Shown piece after piece: positions 61,195-61,958 of a stretch of 61,958 bases of DNA. Source of the stretch: an uncultured Bifidobacteriaceae bacterium (GTDB lineage: Bacteria > Acidobacteriota > Vicinamibacteria > Vicinamibacterales > CAVVIG01); the NCBI GenBank assembly GCA_964579765.1, contig CAZOIK010000267.1:1-61958 (forward strand), in the 5' to 3' direction. How positions within the stretch are numbered: position 1 is the first letter of the stretch; each line of letters starts with the position of its first letter. The notes below the pieces were generated by a model. The model had not been told where the DNA came from, did no database searches, and saw only the letters and a list, made by a program, of their open reading frames with translations. Made by a program: the position numbers and the translations under genes.

Positions 61195-61958
61195 ATGTCC
61201 TTACGCGCTTCGGCCGTTTCTCTGGCGCTCGCGCTGTTCGCCCTTCCGGTGGCTGCTGCGCCGCCCGAACAACCGCTGATCGAGGCGATCAAGACCAACG
61301 ACACCGCCGCGGTCCGCACCTTGGTGCAGCAGAAGCATGTGAACGTCGACGCCGCCGATGCGGACGGGACGACGGCGCTGCACTGGGCCGCGCGTCAGGA
61401 CCGGCCCGACATCGCCGACATCCTGATCGCGCACGGCGCCAACGCGAACGCGCGCAATCGGTACGGCGTCACGCCCCTTCACCTCGCCGCGCTCAACGGC
61501 AGCAGCGCGATGGTCACGCGTCTGCTCGACGCGGGCGCCGACCCGAATTCGGCGATGGACAACAGCCAGACGGTGCTCATGACGGCGGCCCGCGCCGGGA
61601 ATGCCGAGGTGGTGAGAAAGCTGCTCGTCTACGGCGCGGACATCGACGCGAAAGAGACCCGCCGCGGCACGACCGCGCTCATGTGGGCCGCGGAAGACAA
61701 CCGGGCGGACGTCGTGCGGCTCCTGCTCGAAGCGGGCGCGCAGGTGAAGACGCGTTCGAAAGGCGACTACAGCGCGCTGCTGATCGCCGCCCGCGCCGGC
61801 AGTCTCGACGCCGCACGCGCGCTCGTGGCCGCCGGCGCCGAGGTCAACGACACCGCGCCGCCTGGCGATCCGCGGGAGTCGAACAGCCTCGGCGTGGGCC
61901 GCCCCCCCCCAAAAATAAAGGCGTACGGGCCCCACGACCCCCGCCCGGGCCGGACCAC
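61195..61958 (+). CDS. exported ankyrin-repeat protein (3' end beyond the window or in degraded sequence)
   Basis: Not in the track (no stop in the window). ATG at 61195: MSLRASAVSLALALFALPVAAAPP..., then at least 5 ankyrin repeats (DGTTALHWAARQDRPDIADILIAHGANANA, YGVTPLHLAALNGSSAMVTRLLDAGADPN, ...). Confidence 0.8.
   Translation, partial: MSLRASAVSLALALFALPVAAAPPEQPLIEAIKTNDTAAVRTLVQQKHVNVDAADADGTTALHWAARQDRPDIADILIAHGANANARNRYGVTPLHLAALNGSSAMVTRLLDAGADPNSAMDNSQTVLMTAARAGNAEVVRKLLVYGADIDAKETRRGTTALMWAAEDNRADVVRLLLEAGAQVKTRSKGDYSALLIAARAGSLDAARALVAAGAEVNDTAPPGDPRESNSLGVGRPPPKIKAYGPHDPRPGRT

Noticed and set aside
1-61958. CRISPR arrays, rRNA genes, IS elements/transposases, integrases, and prophage structural genes.
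   Set aside because: I saw no regularly spaced 25-40-bp repeats, no rRNA-like conserved stretches, and no DDE/tyrosine/serine recombinase motifs in any frame I inspected. This was a by-eye scan and not exhaustive.

Overview
High-GC bacterial chromosomal window (by eye about two-thirds G+C, and the track is full of long Arg/Ala/Pro-rich antisense shadow ORFs). The gene content (CarboxypepD_reg-type TonB receptor, DUF1592/DUF1552 pair, many Sec/Tat-exported hydrolases, PQQ dehydrogenases) suggests a soil Acidobacteriota-like organism; this is inference only. I support about 50 protein genes or pseudogenes. I found no rRNA, no intact tRNA, no CRISPR array, and no transposase or integrase. The window falls into four blocks. 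(1) 1-14.9 kb: a LysR regulator and exported hydrolases/oxidoreductases. These include a divergent cutinase/PETase-like hydrolase and tannase/MHETase-family esterase, a carboxylesterase / beta-helix / B3-MBL operon, and two divergent paralogous pairs of unknown exported proteins. (2) 15.1-32.2 kb: a stress/signalling island (psiE, dnaK, OMP, hsp20, 2x HdeD/DUF308, 2x BON, DksA-like, a sensor-less sigma54 activator, a hybrid kinase). In it I can read five strong and three weaker sigma54 -24/-12 promoters, plus several chimeric or decayed genes. (3) 32.2-39.8 kb: an accessory segment. It holds about 1 kb of repeat-dense non-coding DNA, then an RloC-like AAA_13 ATPase (apical CxxC hook, candidate anticodon-nuclease tail) with a small partner. 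Convergent to that is a tightly coupled operon of a DUF2274-like small protein, an orphan membrane-anchored T4CP (TraG/VirD4)-like ATPase and a DUF2971 protein, followed by a multiply frameshifted gene relic. These are my best candidates for an undescribed defence or mobile-element-derived system. (4) 39.8-62 kb: a periplasmic redox/uptake block (2 PQQ dehydrogenases, dihaem cytochrome c, Tat-MmgE/PrpD, TonB receptor, MBL-fold proteins, haem-c/PHM-like/TPR protein, DUF1592/DUF1552, Y_Y_Y sensor kinase plus NarL-type regulator, ankyrin protein). Its promoters share an AT-rich 7-2-7 inverted repeat at fixed spacing from a -10 box. All family assignments come from reading motifs by eye; none has been verified by a database search.
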